Shown: positions 17,538 through 27,786 of the stretch, in pieces
Position numbering within the stretch: position 1 is the stretch's first letter
Layout of the letters: each line of letters starts with the position of its first letter
Origin: an uncultured delta proteobacterium
GTDB lineage: Bacteria; Desulfobacterota; Desulfobaccia; Desulfobaccales; 0-14-0-80-60-11
Reading direction: 5' to 3'
NCBI GenBank assembly: GCA_963701845.1
Contig: CAVPBF010000004.1
Coordinates: 1,233,933 to 1,297,932 of the forward strand
Length of the DNA stretch: 64,000 nt
The notes under the pieces: model-generated
Told to the model about the DNA's origin: nothing
Seen by the model: the letters and a program-made list of their open reading frames with translations, nothing else
The model's database searches: none
Position numbers and translations under genes: made by a program

Positions 17538-18269
17538 ATGGATGCGCTCACACTCGGCGAAGAAACCATGATCGGCGCCCTGGCCCGGGAGGTCAAGGAC
17601 GGGGATTGGGCCGCCTGCGGCACTTTGAGCCCCATGCCCGCCGCGGCCCTGTGGCTGGCGAAGCTCACCCACGCGCCCCGGGCCGAGGTTTTGGTGGCCG
17701 GGAGCCCGGATTGGCCCTTTACGGACCAGTGGCAGGGCTTCTTCGACCTGGCCCAGGCCGGGCGGCTGAACGTCTTTTACCTGAGCGGGGCCCAGATCGA
17801 CGGCCAGGGCAACATCAACCTCATGGCCGTGGGGAATTACTCGCAGCCCAAAGTCCGGCTGCCCGGCGGGGCCGGCTCCGCCATCCTGGCCTACGTGGTG
17901 GAGCGGGTGGTGCTGTTCAAGACCACCCACGAAGCCCGGGGGCTGGTGCCCCAGGTGGACGTCATCACCGCACCGGGATATACCCCCAACTTGAGCCTCT
18001 CCCAGCGCCCCGGCCGCATCACCCGGCTGATTACTCCCAAGGGCGTCTTCGCTTTCGAACAGCCCCGGGCGCCGCTTTTGTCCAGCCTCCACCCCGGCGT
18101 CAGCCTGGAAGAGATGCGCCAAATCACCGGTTTTGAATTCCGCGCCCCGGAGCCGACGCCGGAAACTCCGGTGCTGACCGCCGAGGCCCGCCGCCTGCTC
18201 TATGGCCCGGTGCAAGAGAAGCTGGCCCGGGCCTACCCGCAGTTTGCGGCGCGGCTGCGGGAAGTTTAA
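17538..18269 (+). CDS. CoA-transferase beta-subunit-like protein
   Basis: MDALTLGEETMIGALAREVKDGDW...LSGAQIDGQGNINL...LPGGAGSA matches the 3-oxoacid/glutaconate CoA-transferase B family. No alpha subunit is adjacent. Confidence 0.6.
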   Translation: MDALTLGEETMIGALAREVKDGDWAACGTLSPMPAAALWLAKLTHAPRAEVLVAGSPDWPFTDQWQGFFDLAQAGRLNVFYLSGAQIDGQGNINLMAVGNYSQPKVRLPGGAGSAILAYVVERVVLFKTTHEARGLVPQVDVITAPGYTPNLSLSQRPGRITRLITPKGVFAFEQPRAPLLSSLHPGVSLEEMRQITGFEFRAPEPTPETPVLTAEARRLLYGPVQEKLARAYPQFAARLREV

Positions 18270-18431
18270 ACAGCCGTGAAAATCGAAATCTCCCTAAATC
18301 CCCATTTGCTAAAGGGGACTTTAACCCCCTTGAAAACGGGGGGCAGGACAGGCCCGCCCGGCAGAAATTTTGCACGAGCTATGACCGCATGAAAACGCAA
18401 AAGCCGCAGGCTGACGCCATTAGCCGCAAAT

Positions 18432-18530
18432 CCCCTCTCCCCTGCGAGGGGAGAGGGTTGGGGTGAGGGGTGGCTTCGTCAGCTGACACCCCCCCCTCAC
18501 CCTGCCCTCTCCCCCCAAGGGGGAGAGGGG
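18432..18530. repeat. Inverted pair of CCCTCTCCCC...GGGGAGAGGGTTGGGGTGAGGGG elements
   Basis: 18432-18470 and the inverted partial copy 18492-18530. Related copies at 56033-72 and 59149-203. Confidence 0.8.
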
Positions 18531-18860
18531 AAATTCCTGGAAATTCCACAGGATAATTGGATGAAAAGGTATCTAACCGTGGCTTCTCAGCAAAAATCTT
18601 GCCGGACACTACTGGAGCAGGAGGAATTTTTAATCCCCGGCCGCTGGCCGATATCGGCCATTACCGTTTAGCCGGCGCCTTTTCCCCAGCGCTGAAAACG
18701 CCGGCTCAAGCCTGCGGCTAGGTTTGGCATTCCAGACTTGATGTTCCAATCGCCTGGAATCTGGCCCTGGAGACGCCGCAGGCTCCCGAGCCCACGGCCC
18801 GCGTGCGCTTCGTGCAGCTGGGCAAACTGCACTTCAACCCTGAAGGACGGGAGCTGCCCC

Positions 18861-19535
18861 ATGTGTGAACTCTTTGCCATGTCCGCGGGCCAGAATTACA
18901 CGGCCCAGGAGTACCTGCCGGTCTTCGCCGACAAATCCCGCGACAATATCAGCGGTTGGGGCATCGGTTTCTTCCGCAACGGCCAGGTCTACATTGAGAA
19001 GTCCTGCGACGGCATCTATGCCGGGGACCAGGTGCATGACAGTTTCCAGCGCCTGGCCCGGGTGGTGGACAGCCGCATCATCATCTCCCATATCCGCTGC
19101 CCCAAGGCCGGCCACCAGAAGGAATCCCAGGCCCAGCCCCTGAGCGCCGAGTTTCTGGAGCATCAATGGCTGTTCAGCTTTACCGGTGAGTCCAAGCAGG
19201 GCCTGGCGTATCAAAGCTCCAGACCGGTCCTGGCGGAGGACCTCCTGGCCGCCCGGGTCTTCGAATTTGTCCGGGACGGCATGGAGGCCGGCCTCCAGGA
19301 CTGGCCCGACCAGAGCCTTTACCAGACTCTGGCCGTGACCTGCAAGCAGCTGATCACCGATTACCCCGGGGAGTATATTTTTTTTCTGGCCAACGAAACG
19401 GTGCTGTTCGCCTTCCTCAACCACGGCCAGGTGCTCACCTACCACCCGCCCGAGGCCCGGGGGGAATCCCTGGTGCTGACCACGGTCTCCGGGGGCCTCA
19501 CCCTGGACCCGGACCACTGGCGCGCCTATCACTAA
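18861..19535 (+). CDS. Class II (Ntn, YafJ-type) glutamine amidotransferase
   Basis: Starts MCELFAMSA (Cys2 nucleophile), with ...GWGIGFF...ISHIR... I chose the internal start at 18861. Confidence 0.7.
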   Translation: MCELFAMSAGQNYTAQEYLPVFADKSRDNISGWGIGFFRNGQVYIEKSCDGIYAGDQVHDSFQRLARVVDSRIIISHIRCPKAGHQKESQAQPLSAEFLEHQWLFSFTGESKQGLAYQSSRPVLAEDLLAARVFEFVRDGMEAGLQDWPDQSLYQTLAVTCKQLITDYPGEYIFFLANETVLFAFLNHGQVLTYHPPEARGESLVLTTVSGGLTLDPDHWRAYH

Positions 19536-19605
19536 TCCGGACCCGAGCCGGGGCCAGATCCTGATCATTTCCGGGGCGGACCTCCTGCATCAGGGATACC
19601 TGTAG

Positions 19606-20358
19606 ATGTGCGATCTCTTCGCCCTGTGCGCCTCCCGCCACTATGACGCCGCCACCTCCCTGCCTCTGTTCGCCGCCCGGGGCCGCCGCAACGTCCATGG
19701 CTGGGGCATCGGCTTCTTCCGTCAGGATCACCCGGTGGTGGAAAAATCGGGGGAAAAGGTCTTCCAGGACGGGCGGTTGCACGCCTCCTTCCAGCGCCTG
19801 GCCCGGGTGGTGGCCAGCCCCATCATCCTGGCCCACATCCGCTACCGCTCCAGCGGCCGGGTGGACGAGTGCCACGCCCATCCCTTCAGCCTGGATTTCT
19901 GGGGCCAGTCCTGGATCTTCGCCCACAATGGTGAAGCCCGGGCCATTGAACCTTATCAAAGCCGCCACACCCCGACTTTGGCGGCCAGCAGCGATTCGGC
20001 CCGCACCTTCGAATTTTTGCGGGACTATTTCGTCGACGCGGTCCCCCGGCGCCGAGACACCCCGTTCCGGCAGATTCTCCAGGAAGCCCTCAGCGCTCTG
20101 ATCCGGCAGTATCCCGGCCAATACAACTTTCTCCTCACCAATGGCCGCTTTCTCTGGGCCTTCACCAACCACCGGCAGTTTCTGCTGCTCAAGGGCAGCC
20201 AGAAGTTGGAAGACGCCCTGTTGCTCACCACCATCGAAGAGGGCCTCAGCCCGGAAAACTGGCAGAAAATTACTCTCCGGGAAGGGAGCTGGGGCAAGAT
20301 CCTGCTGATCGCCGGGGGCGACCTGGTCTGGTGCGAGGATCTGTGGCCACCGGCATAG
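19606..20358 (+). CDS. Class II (Ntn, YafJ-type) glutamine amidotransferase, tandem paralog
   Basis: MCDLFALCAS...HGWGIGFF...LAHIRYRSSG...AHNG. Confidence 0.7.
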   Translation: MCDLFALCASRHYDAATSLPLFAARGRRNVHGWGIGFFRQDHPVVEKSGEKVFQDGRLHASFQRLARVVASPIILAHIRYRSSGRVDECHAHPFSLDFWGQSWIFAHNGEARAIEPYQSRHTPTLAASSDSARTFEFLRDYFVDAVPRRRDTPFRQILQEALSALIRQYPGQYNFLLTNGRFLWAFTNHRQFLLLKGSQKLEDALLLTTIEEGLSPENWQKITLREGSWGKILLIAGGDLVWCEDLWPPA

Positions 20359-20641
20359 GCAAGATTCTCATAATGAAAATAATTGGGCGGATTTTTGGGG
20401 AGGAATTTTCAGAACAACAAAAATTTTGAGGCGGCCGCCTGCCATGATTTAACCCCAGTTGCCCATACCGCTACTATTCAGAAGTCGGCGCCTCTCTTCA
20501 GAACCTGCTGAAAATTCTGGAAACCTTGCCTTAATAAATTGAATCCAGCGAATATCTAATCTACAAACGATCAATAGCTGAATGTGGAAAATTCTTTTAA
20601 AATTCAAATGGTTTTAGACCTGGAAATTAAGCATGGCAGGA

Positions 20642-20657
20642 AGGCACCAAAGTTGCA
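20642..20657 (+). promoter_or_regulatory. Candidate sigma54 (-24/-12) promoter
   Basis: aGGCACcaaagTTGCA versus the consensus TGGCAC-N5-TTGCA, about 115 nt upstream of the ATG at 20772. Confidence 0.45.
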
Positions 20658-20771
20658 TCAAGATTTTCTAAAGGACGCAAGCAAAATGATCAACCTTTAC
20701 GGGAAAACCTGCAGCGGGATGAATCCAGCTCAATGCAGGCAGGCCCCTAAACAACTTTAAGGAGCAAGAAA

Positions 20772-22736
20772 ATGACAAGCAAACGACCTCCGGGGTTCAT
20801 CGTCGTCCTGGCCTTGGGGCTGGCTCTCGTTTTGGGGAGCGGTTTCTACCAGCCGGCCAGGGCCGCCTCGGAAGATGTGGCCATGTTCTATGACGACCTG
20901 TCCCAATACGGCCAGTGGGTGGATTATGAGAATTATGGACCGGTTTGGCGGCCCAGCAACGTGGATGACGAGTGGCGGCCCTATACCGACGGCCGCTGGA
21001 CGCCCACCGATGACGGCTATGTCTTTGAGTCCCAGGAGCCCTGGGGCTGGGCCACCTACCACTACGGCAACTGGATGCCCACCGAAGGCTATGGCTGGGT
21101 TTGGTCCCCGGGACGCACCTGGTACCCCTCCACCGTGGAGTGGCGCACCAGTCCCGAAACCGCCGAGGTGGATAATTCTTACGTAGGTTGGGCTCCCGTC
21201 CCGCCGCCCAATTATGTGCCGACGCAGTCTTACGCCCAACCGGGATATTATCAGGGGGCCCCGGCGGCCGACACGCTCTCCTCACCGTTCTGGGTCTTCG
21301 TCCGGGCGGCCAGCTTCCTGATGGGCCTCGGGCAGCCGTACTCCCCGGGCTATTCTTACGGCGGTTGCGGCTGTATGGCGCCGCCGGCCTACGTGCCGGT
21401 TTTCTTCCCCCAGACGGTCTTCGTCTCCAGCTATTATACGCCGAGTTATTACCCGCGGACCTATTTCGGCCGGGGTTTCGCCGGCACGTATAACTATGGG
21501 CCACCGGTGCATTACATCTCCCGGGTGACCAACATCAACCAGACAGTGATCAACCGAACCATGATCAATAACTCCAACAATTTCACCAGGATGCACAACG
21601 TGATGCCGCCACAGGCGGTGTTGACCCGGAACGCCGGTCTGAGACAGATCACCCCGCCGGCCCTGATGCAGGGCCACCGGCTGCCGCCGGCCCAGCGGAT
21701 GACCAACGTCAACCTGGCCCGGGCCAACCTGGGCAAGCCCAACATCATCCATGCCCCGCAAAATGTGCCGCCGCTGAGAGCCCAGATCCCCAAGGCCCCG
21801 CCGCTGGCGACCCAGCCGGTAAGGGGCGGAGTCCCGGGAGCGGGGTTACCGTCCCGGGCCACCATGCAGTTGTCCCCGCACCAGCAGACCCAGATTCAGC
21901 AACTGCCGCCGAACCGGCAGATCCATCCGGTGAGACCCTCCCTGTCGGGGCAGCCGGCAGCCCCCGGAGCCCCGGGAAGGCCCGGACAATTTCAGCCGGG
22001 GGCGCCCGGCCGGCCCGGCCAGATGCAGCCCGGCGGCCCGGGTCAAGCCGGTGCGGTCCAGCCCGGTGGTCCGACTCGACCCGGTATGGCGCAGCCCGGC
22101 GCCAGACCCGGCCAGTTCCAGCCCGGCGTCGCGCCTCATCCTGGTGCCGCCCAGCCTGGCGTCACCGGCAGGCCTGGGCAAGTACAGCCAGGTGCTCCTG
22201 GGAGACCCGGCCAGTTCCAGCCCGGCGCTCCGGGCCATCCGGCTGCCCAGCCCGCCGTGCCGGCGCAGCCCAGCGGTCAGCCCCATCCCGGGACTTTCCA
22301 ACCCAGTGGGACCAGCCGGCCTCAGGTCCAACCGCCCTCTGGTTATCGGCCGCCCACCTCCGGGCCGGGATACGTGAGACCGGGAACGCAGCCGTCGGCG
22401 CAGCCCACGCCGGGCCAGCCGTTCCGGCCGCAGTCTCAGCCCCAACATGTAACGCCACAATATCAGCCGTCACGGCCGCAGCCGCAGCCTCAGCATGTCA
22501 CCCCGCCATATCAGCGGCCGCAACCGCAGGTGCAGCCAAGACCGCAGGTCCAGCAGCCTCGGCCTCAGCCCCAGGTGCAGCCTCGCCCCCAGCCGCAACC
22601 CAGGCCGCAGCCCCAGGTGCAACCCAGGCCGCAGCCGCAACCGCGGCCTCAGCCTCAGGCCCGGCCCCAACCGGCGCCCGCGGCCAAGCCGCAGCCACAG
22701 CAGCAGCGGAAGGAGAAAAAGCCGGGCGAGCAATAA
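20772..22736 (+). CDS. Secreted DUF6600-like (W-x-x-G-x-W repeat) protein with about 300 aa of Pro/Gln-rich tail
   Basis: Signal peptide, then FYDDLSQYGQWVDYENYGPVWRP...EPWGWATYHYGNWMPTEGYGWVWSPG. This is followed by PGAPGRPGQFQPG repeats and (R)PQPQ(V)QP repeats. Confidence 0.6.
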   Translation: MTSKRPPGFIVVLALGLALVLGSGFYQPARAASEDVAMFYDDLSQYGQWVDYENYGPVWRPSNVDDEWRPYTDGRWTPTDDGYVFESQEPWGWATYHYGNWMPTEGYGWVWSPGRTWYPSTVEWRTSPETAEVDNSYVGWAPVPPPNYVPTQSYAQPGYYQGAPAADTLSSPFWVFVRAASFLMGLGQPYSPGYSYGGCGCMAPPAYVPVFFPQTVFVSSYYTPSYYPRTYFGRGFAGTYNYGPPVHYISRVTNINQTVINRTMINNSNNFTRMHNVMPPQAVLTRNAGLRQITPPALMQGHRLPPAQRMTNVNLARANLGKPNIIHAPQNVPPLRAQIPKAPPLATQPVRGGVPGAGLPSRATMQLSPHQQTQIQQLPPNRQIHPVRPSLSGQPAAPGAPGRPGQFQPGAPGRPGQMQPGGPGQAGAVQPGGPTRPGMAQPGARPGQFQPGVAPHPGAAQPGVTGRPGQVQPGAPGRPGQFQPGAPGHPAAQPAVPAQPSGQPHPGTFQPSGTSRPQVQPPSGYRPPTSGPGYVRPGTQPSAQPTPGQPFRPQSQPQHVTPQYQPSRPQPQPQHVTPPYQRPQPQVQPRPQVQQPRPQPQVQPRPQPQPRPQPQVQPRPQPQPRPQPQARPQPAPAAKPQPQQQRKEKKPGEQ

Positions 22737-22773
22737 TAGCCGGTTGCTGAAAGCTGAAATCGACTCTCACCCC

Positions 22774-22813
22774 GGGCCTCCTCCTGAAGTGGAGGAGGCC
22801 CGGGCCTTTTTTT
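22774..22813 (+). terminator. Intrinsic terminator
   Basis: gggcctcctcc-tgaagt-ggaggaggccc, followed by gggcc and ttttttt. Confidence 0.7.
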
Positions 22814-23018
22814 ACCAAAATCACTTGACCTCGCTCTCAGCCCGCCCGAGGAAGATCAGCCTCCGGCTGGAAAAACATCCGGGCAGTCCAGGTAATTTTT
22901 TCCCTGCCCCCTGGAAGAGAATGGAGCTTTTGGGCTCAGTCTGATAGGATAGAGGGCAGCCTGAAGGTCCTAACCGGCTCCGCCGGAGCCGCACTCAGAT
23001 CAACGAGAGGAGGAACAC

Positions 23019-24303
<1,285 letters not shown>

Positions 24304-24319
24304 GCCCCTGGTGGCTTCG

Positions 24320-24352
24320 GGGGCGGGTGGCTCCGCCCCGGCTTTTGTTTTT
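24320..24352 (+). terminator. Intrinsic terminator after eno
   Basis: ggggcgg-gtggct-ccgcccc followed by ggcttttgttttt. Confidence 0.6.
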
Positions 24353-24424
24353 GACAATACTGCGGCCCGGTGCTATGCTGGCGGCTGAAGATATTTACTG
24401 AGCCTGCATCAAAAGGGGGAGACA

Positions 24425-25003
24425 GTGGTGCGGCGATTCTGCCAAGCTTTGGCGGCCATAGTTATGGCCCTGGTTCTGGGTCTGCCGGTTATGGTCCAGG
24501 GAGCGGAATTCGATCTGAGCAAATTCAACTACGAGGCGGGGCTCAACTTCGGCTACGGCAAAAACACCCACGGCGCCAACGTCCAGCTTTACTCTTTGCT
24601 GCCCCACTGGGGCATGTTTTTGGTGCGTCCCGGCCAGCAAATGGGCCCCTTCGGCATCTCCTTCCTGATCGAAGGCATCATCAGCGTGGCTGATGCCGAG
24701 CAAACCGGCTTCGAACTGGGCTTCACCCCGATGTTCAGACTGAGCGCCCTGCTTTTTCCCAACGTGCTGGCCCACATTGAAGGGGGCGCCGGGATGATCA
24801 CCGAGAGCATCGACAGTCCGGCCCTCGCCCATGCCTTTAATTTCACGCCCCAGGCGGGAGGCGGCTTCGACATCGCGCTCAACCCCCAACTGGCCTTCCA
24901 GGTGGCGTATCGCTTCCGGCATTCGTCCAATGCCGGGATCTACAAGGAAAACCCCGCCTTTAACGTCAATTTCTTTCAGGCCGGCCTGAATTACTATTAT
25001 TAA
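24425..25003 (+). CDS. Outer-membrane acyloxyacyl hydrolase (PagL-like lipid A deacylase family)
   Basis: Signal peptide, beta-barrel-like alternating pattern, C-terminal ...YRFRHSSNAGI...NFFQAGLNYYY (H-x-S-N catalytic-type motif, aromatic terminus). Confidence 0.55.
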   Translation: MVRRFCQALAAIVMALVLGLPVMVQGAEFDLSKFNYEAGLNFGYGKNTHGANVQLYSLLPHWGMFLVRPGQQMGPFGISFLIEGIISVADAEQTGFELGFTPMFRLSALLFPNVLAHIEGGAGMITESIDSPALAHAFNFTPQAGGGFDIALNPQLAFQVAYRFRHSSNAGIYKENPAFNVNFFQAGLNYYY

Positions 25004-25047
25004 TCCCGGCGATTTTAGATCGCCTCAAAATTAACTCAGGTTTTCAG

Positions 25048-25078
25048 GAGGTTAGCAACACAGCGCTAACCTCTTTTT
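25048..25078 (+). terminator. Intrinsic terminator
   Basis: gaggttagc-loop-gctaacctc followed by ttttt. Confidence 0.6.
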
Positions 25079-25150
25079 CATTTTCTAGGAATTCTTTAAT
25101 CCCACATGGAAAGAAGGCTTTTCATTAACTTTCAGGTGCTGTAAACTTTC

Positions 25151-25180
25151 TTGACAAAATTTCAAAAGTATGCTTATCCT
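25151..25180 (+). promoter_or_regulatory. Sigma70-like promoter of riboswitch leader 1
   Basis: ttgaca (25151-56), 18-nt spacer, tatcct. The aptamer begins about 8 nt downstream. Confidence 0.4.
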
Positions 25181-25183
25181 GGC

Positions 25184-25282
25184 AACCATAGACAAAGCCA
25201 AAACCGCCGAGAGACGGCGACGGAAAGCCACGGGTCTTTATGAGATAGCCGGGTTGCCTGGAAAGGGCAGCTCGGCTTTTTT
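25184..25282 (+). promoter_or_regulatory. c-di-GMP-I (GEMM-I) riboswitch-like leader with intrinsic terminator (copy 1)
   Basis: ...aaaGCCAAAAc-cgccg-agaga-cggcg-ACGGAAAGCCACGGGTC...atAGCCGGGTTGCC matches the GEMM-I core (GCAAA..GACGCAAAGCC.CGGG...AGCCGGGTTACC). The 3' strand agccgggttgcc can alternatively pair with ggcagctcggct, which is followed by tttttt. Confidence 0.75.
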
Positions 25283-25358
25283 CGGTTTAGGAAGCTCTTT
25301 TAAATAAAGGGGAATACAAGGTGAAGGGTATTTAAGCCTACTGAACCCCGGAGGATTT

Positions 25359-26216
25359 ATGAAAAAGTGTTGGTCAGTCTTGATAGCCTTACTGTGCATT
25401 GGTTGTGCCAGGCCCTATGCCCAATATTACCATGACATGGTACAGGGAGCGGACACATCTAACGCAATTTTTACGACAGAAGAGCCCAAATTATTACAAG
25501 GAAACATTAACAACATTGAGGGTGACAACTTACAGATGATTGAAAACGGTTATGGCCTGTTAGGTTACTCGTCTTTTACCGGTCCACAACAGAATCAGAA
25601 TCAAGCTATCGCAAAAGCAAAGTAACTTAAAGCATCGGTAGTGGTGGTCTATAGCAAATATTTTGATACACAATCAGGAGTTCGGCCTTTAGTTCTCCCA
25701 GATATAAAAACATCACAATGCAGTTCTCAAGCTACTGCTTATGGTAGCGCTTTTGGTAGTGGTGGTTATGCCAGCGGCACTGCAACTGCATATGGAACTG
25801 GAACTACAACCTCCTATGGCACTAAAACGATATATACACCATACAGCATCGATCGCTTTGAGCAGGGGGCGACTTATTGGGTAAAAATGAAAGGGCAGAT
25901 ATCTGGAATACTTGGTAAGGATTTGCCACCGGAGTTAAGGCAAAAAATTGGAAGCAATAAGGGTGTATTAGTTATTGCAGTTATAAAGGGATCACCCGCT
26001 TTTTCAGCCGATATTTTAAGGGGAGATATTGTAAAAAAAGTTAACAACATCGACATCACTGATCTAAAAGAATACATGCGATCGATGCTATCAAACGCCA
26101 ACAAGAAAGTTACCATCATGCTCCTGAGAGATGGAAAGGAAGTTGTCAAAGAAGTTAAATTGAATCCCGTGCCTGAAGGGGCAGAAGCTAATATACAAAA
26201 ACTTTTGGCTAAATAA
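25359..26216 (+). pseudogene. PDZ-domain lipoprotein interrupted by an in-frame TAA (25623-25625)
   Basis: Lipobox LLCIGC. ORFs 25359..25625 and 25641..26216 are in the same frame, and the join reads ...QAIAKAK*LKASVVVVYSKYFDTQSG.... The C-terminal PDZ is VLVIAVIKGSPAFSADILRGDIVKKVNN. Confidence 0.55.
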
Positions 26217-26381
26217 TTATAGGTAACTAAGGAGCGTCGACAACTTCCTGGACCAGGCCAAGCGGTTCTGACCGGGTTTTTCTTTATAAGCTTCCTCACT
26301 CCCTGACGGCCCGCCCGACTTGTGGCAATGTTAAACAATGTGAGTTTAGCATGAATAATCCATGATTTTGAGGATTCCATC

Positions 26382-27371
26382 ATGACAAGCACAGATCCGG
26401 AAGAAAAACAACGTCTAATGCGACTTAATAGTATTTTTATGCCTTATGCGACAAAGCATATCAAACAATTTTACGAGCCCACCGGACTTAACGCGAGGTT
26501 TGCTCATTACACCTCCGCAGAGGGCGCATTTAATATTATTAAAACCAAACGCATTTGGATGCGTAACACAACTTGCATGTCTGATTACAGCGAAGTAAAT
26601 CATGGTTATGATATTCTCTTTGAATTCTTTAGTAGTGGCGATAATAGAGAAAGATTTATAAAGGCTCTTGAAGGATGCGCCAGTGGGGTTGCGCCAGAAG
26701 CCATTAGATTATTCGATCAATGGTGGTTTGATATTCGCAATAACACTTATATTGCAGCTATTTCAGAGCATGATATAGAAGAGGATATTCACGGTCGGCT
26801 TTCAATGTGGCGTGCTTTTGGAGGGAACGTAGCTCGTGTGGCTATAGTTCTTAATGTTCCCTGGGAAGTGGAAGGTTATGAAGCATTAAAACTTCAATTT
26901 AGCCCAGTAGCTTATTTAAGGAAAGAAGATGTTTTTGCTGAGCTAAATCAGGTTATTAACAACGTCCACACTGATATTGCGTTTCTGTGTTCTTTAGATC
27001 GTCTACTTATAGTCAATATGATATTCCATATGCTTGTGATTGGTGTCGTTTGCCTTAAACACAAAGGCTTTCACGAAGAACGGGAGTGGCGTGTTATTTA
27101 TGCTCCCAAACGCCTTCCTTCTCCACTCATAGAATTCTCGACAGAGATTCTCGGAGGAATCCCGCAGACTATATGCAAGATACCTATAGACAACACTGTT
27201 CCGGGTATCTCCAACAGCCTCGACCTGTCGAAATTATTCGACCGCCTGATTATTGGTCCGTCCCCTTATCCTTGGGTGATGTATAATTCATTTGTGGAGG
27301 CACTTACCGAGGCCGGAGTTGCTGATGCCGGGGGTCGAGTATTTGTTTCAGATATCCCTATTCGTACTTGA
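26382..27371 (+). CDS. DUF2971 domain protein
   Basis: FAHYTSAEGAFNIIKTKRIWMRNTTCMSDYSEVNHG is the characteristic DUF2971 N-terminal motif. The region is AT-rich. Confidence 0.65.
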   Translation: MTSTDPEEKQRLMRLNSIFMPYATKHIKQFYEPTGLNARFAHYTSAEGAFNIIKTKRIWMRNTTCMSDYSEVNHGYDILFEFFSSGDNRERFIKALEGCASGVAPEAIRLFDQWWFDIRNNTYIAAISEHDIEEDIHGRLSMWRAFGGNVARVAIVLNVPWEVEGYEALKLQFSPVAYLRKEDVFAELNQVINNVHTDIAFLCSLDRLLIVNMIFHMLVIGVVCLKHKGFHEEREWRVIYAPKRLPSPLIEFSTEILGGIPQTICKIPIDNTVPGISNSLDLSKLFDRLIIGPSPYPWVMYNSFVEALTEAGVADAGGRVFVSDIPIRT

Positions 27372-27630
27372 GGCTGTCAAATCCTAAGAGCCTAAGCCTG
27401 TTATCTCCTACCCGACACGCCAGGCCTCTGCAACCCGGAATGTCCTTTTTTTTGGCCAGCGCGGCGGCTAACTCTCACCTGTGCCTGGGTAATTTTACCT
27501 AGGCCAATATGGGCACTTTTGCTAGTTGTCCGGTAATCCTCAGATCTTATTATTAAACTATAGTCGACTCCCATGATTGCAGGGCGGAAAACCCTGGCAT
27601 CCATACTAGCACAGCATTTGGGAGGATAAT

Positions 27631-27786
27631 ATGCTGGGAATAATCTTCTTCGGCGGCTTGGTAGTAGGTTTTCTCTTCGGCTGGATAGGTCTGGCCCTTT
27701 TAACCATGTCCAGCCTGCAGAACCAGCCCAGGGAACTGATGGAACAGGCTGTTTCACTAAGCGAAGATAGTCATTGCCCAGTTTAA
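27631..27786 (+). CDS. Small (51 aa) membrane protein
   Basis: ATG is preceded by ggagga. MLGIIFFGGLVVGFLFGWIGLALLTM forms a TM helix. It is below the ORF-track cutoff. Confidence 0.35.
   Translation: MLGIIFFGGLVVGFLFGWIGLALLTMSSLQNQPRELMEQAVSLSEDSHCPV

Noticed and set aside
21960-22700. DNA-level tandem repeats as an independent repeat element or minisatellite.
   Set aside because: They are in frame within the 654-aa secreted protein and encode its Pro/Gln-rich tail. I treated them as coding low complexity.
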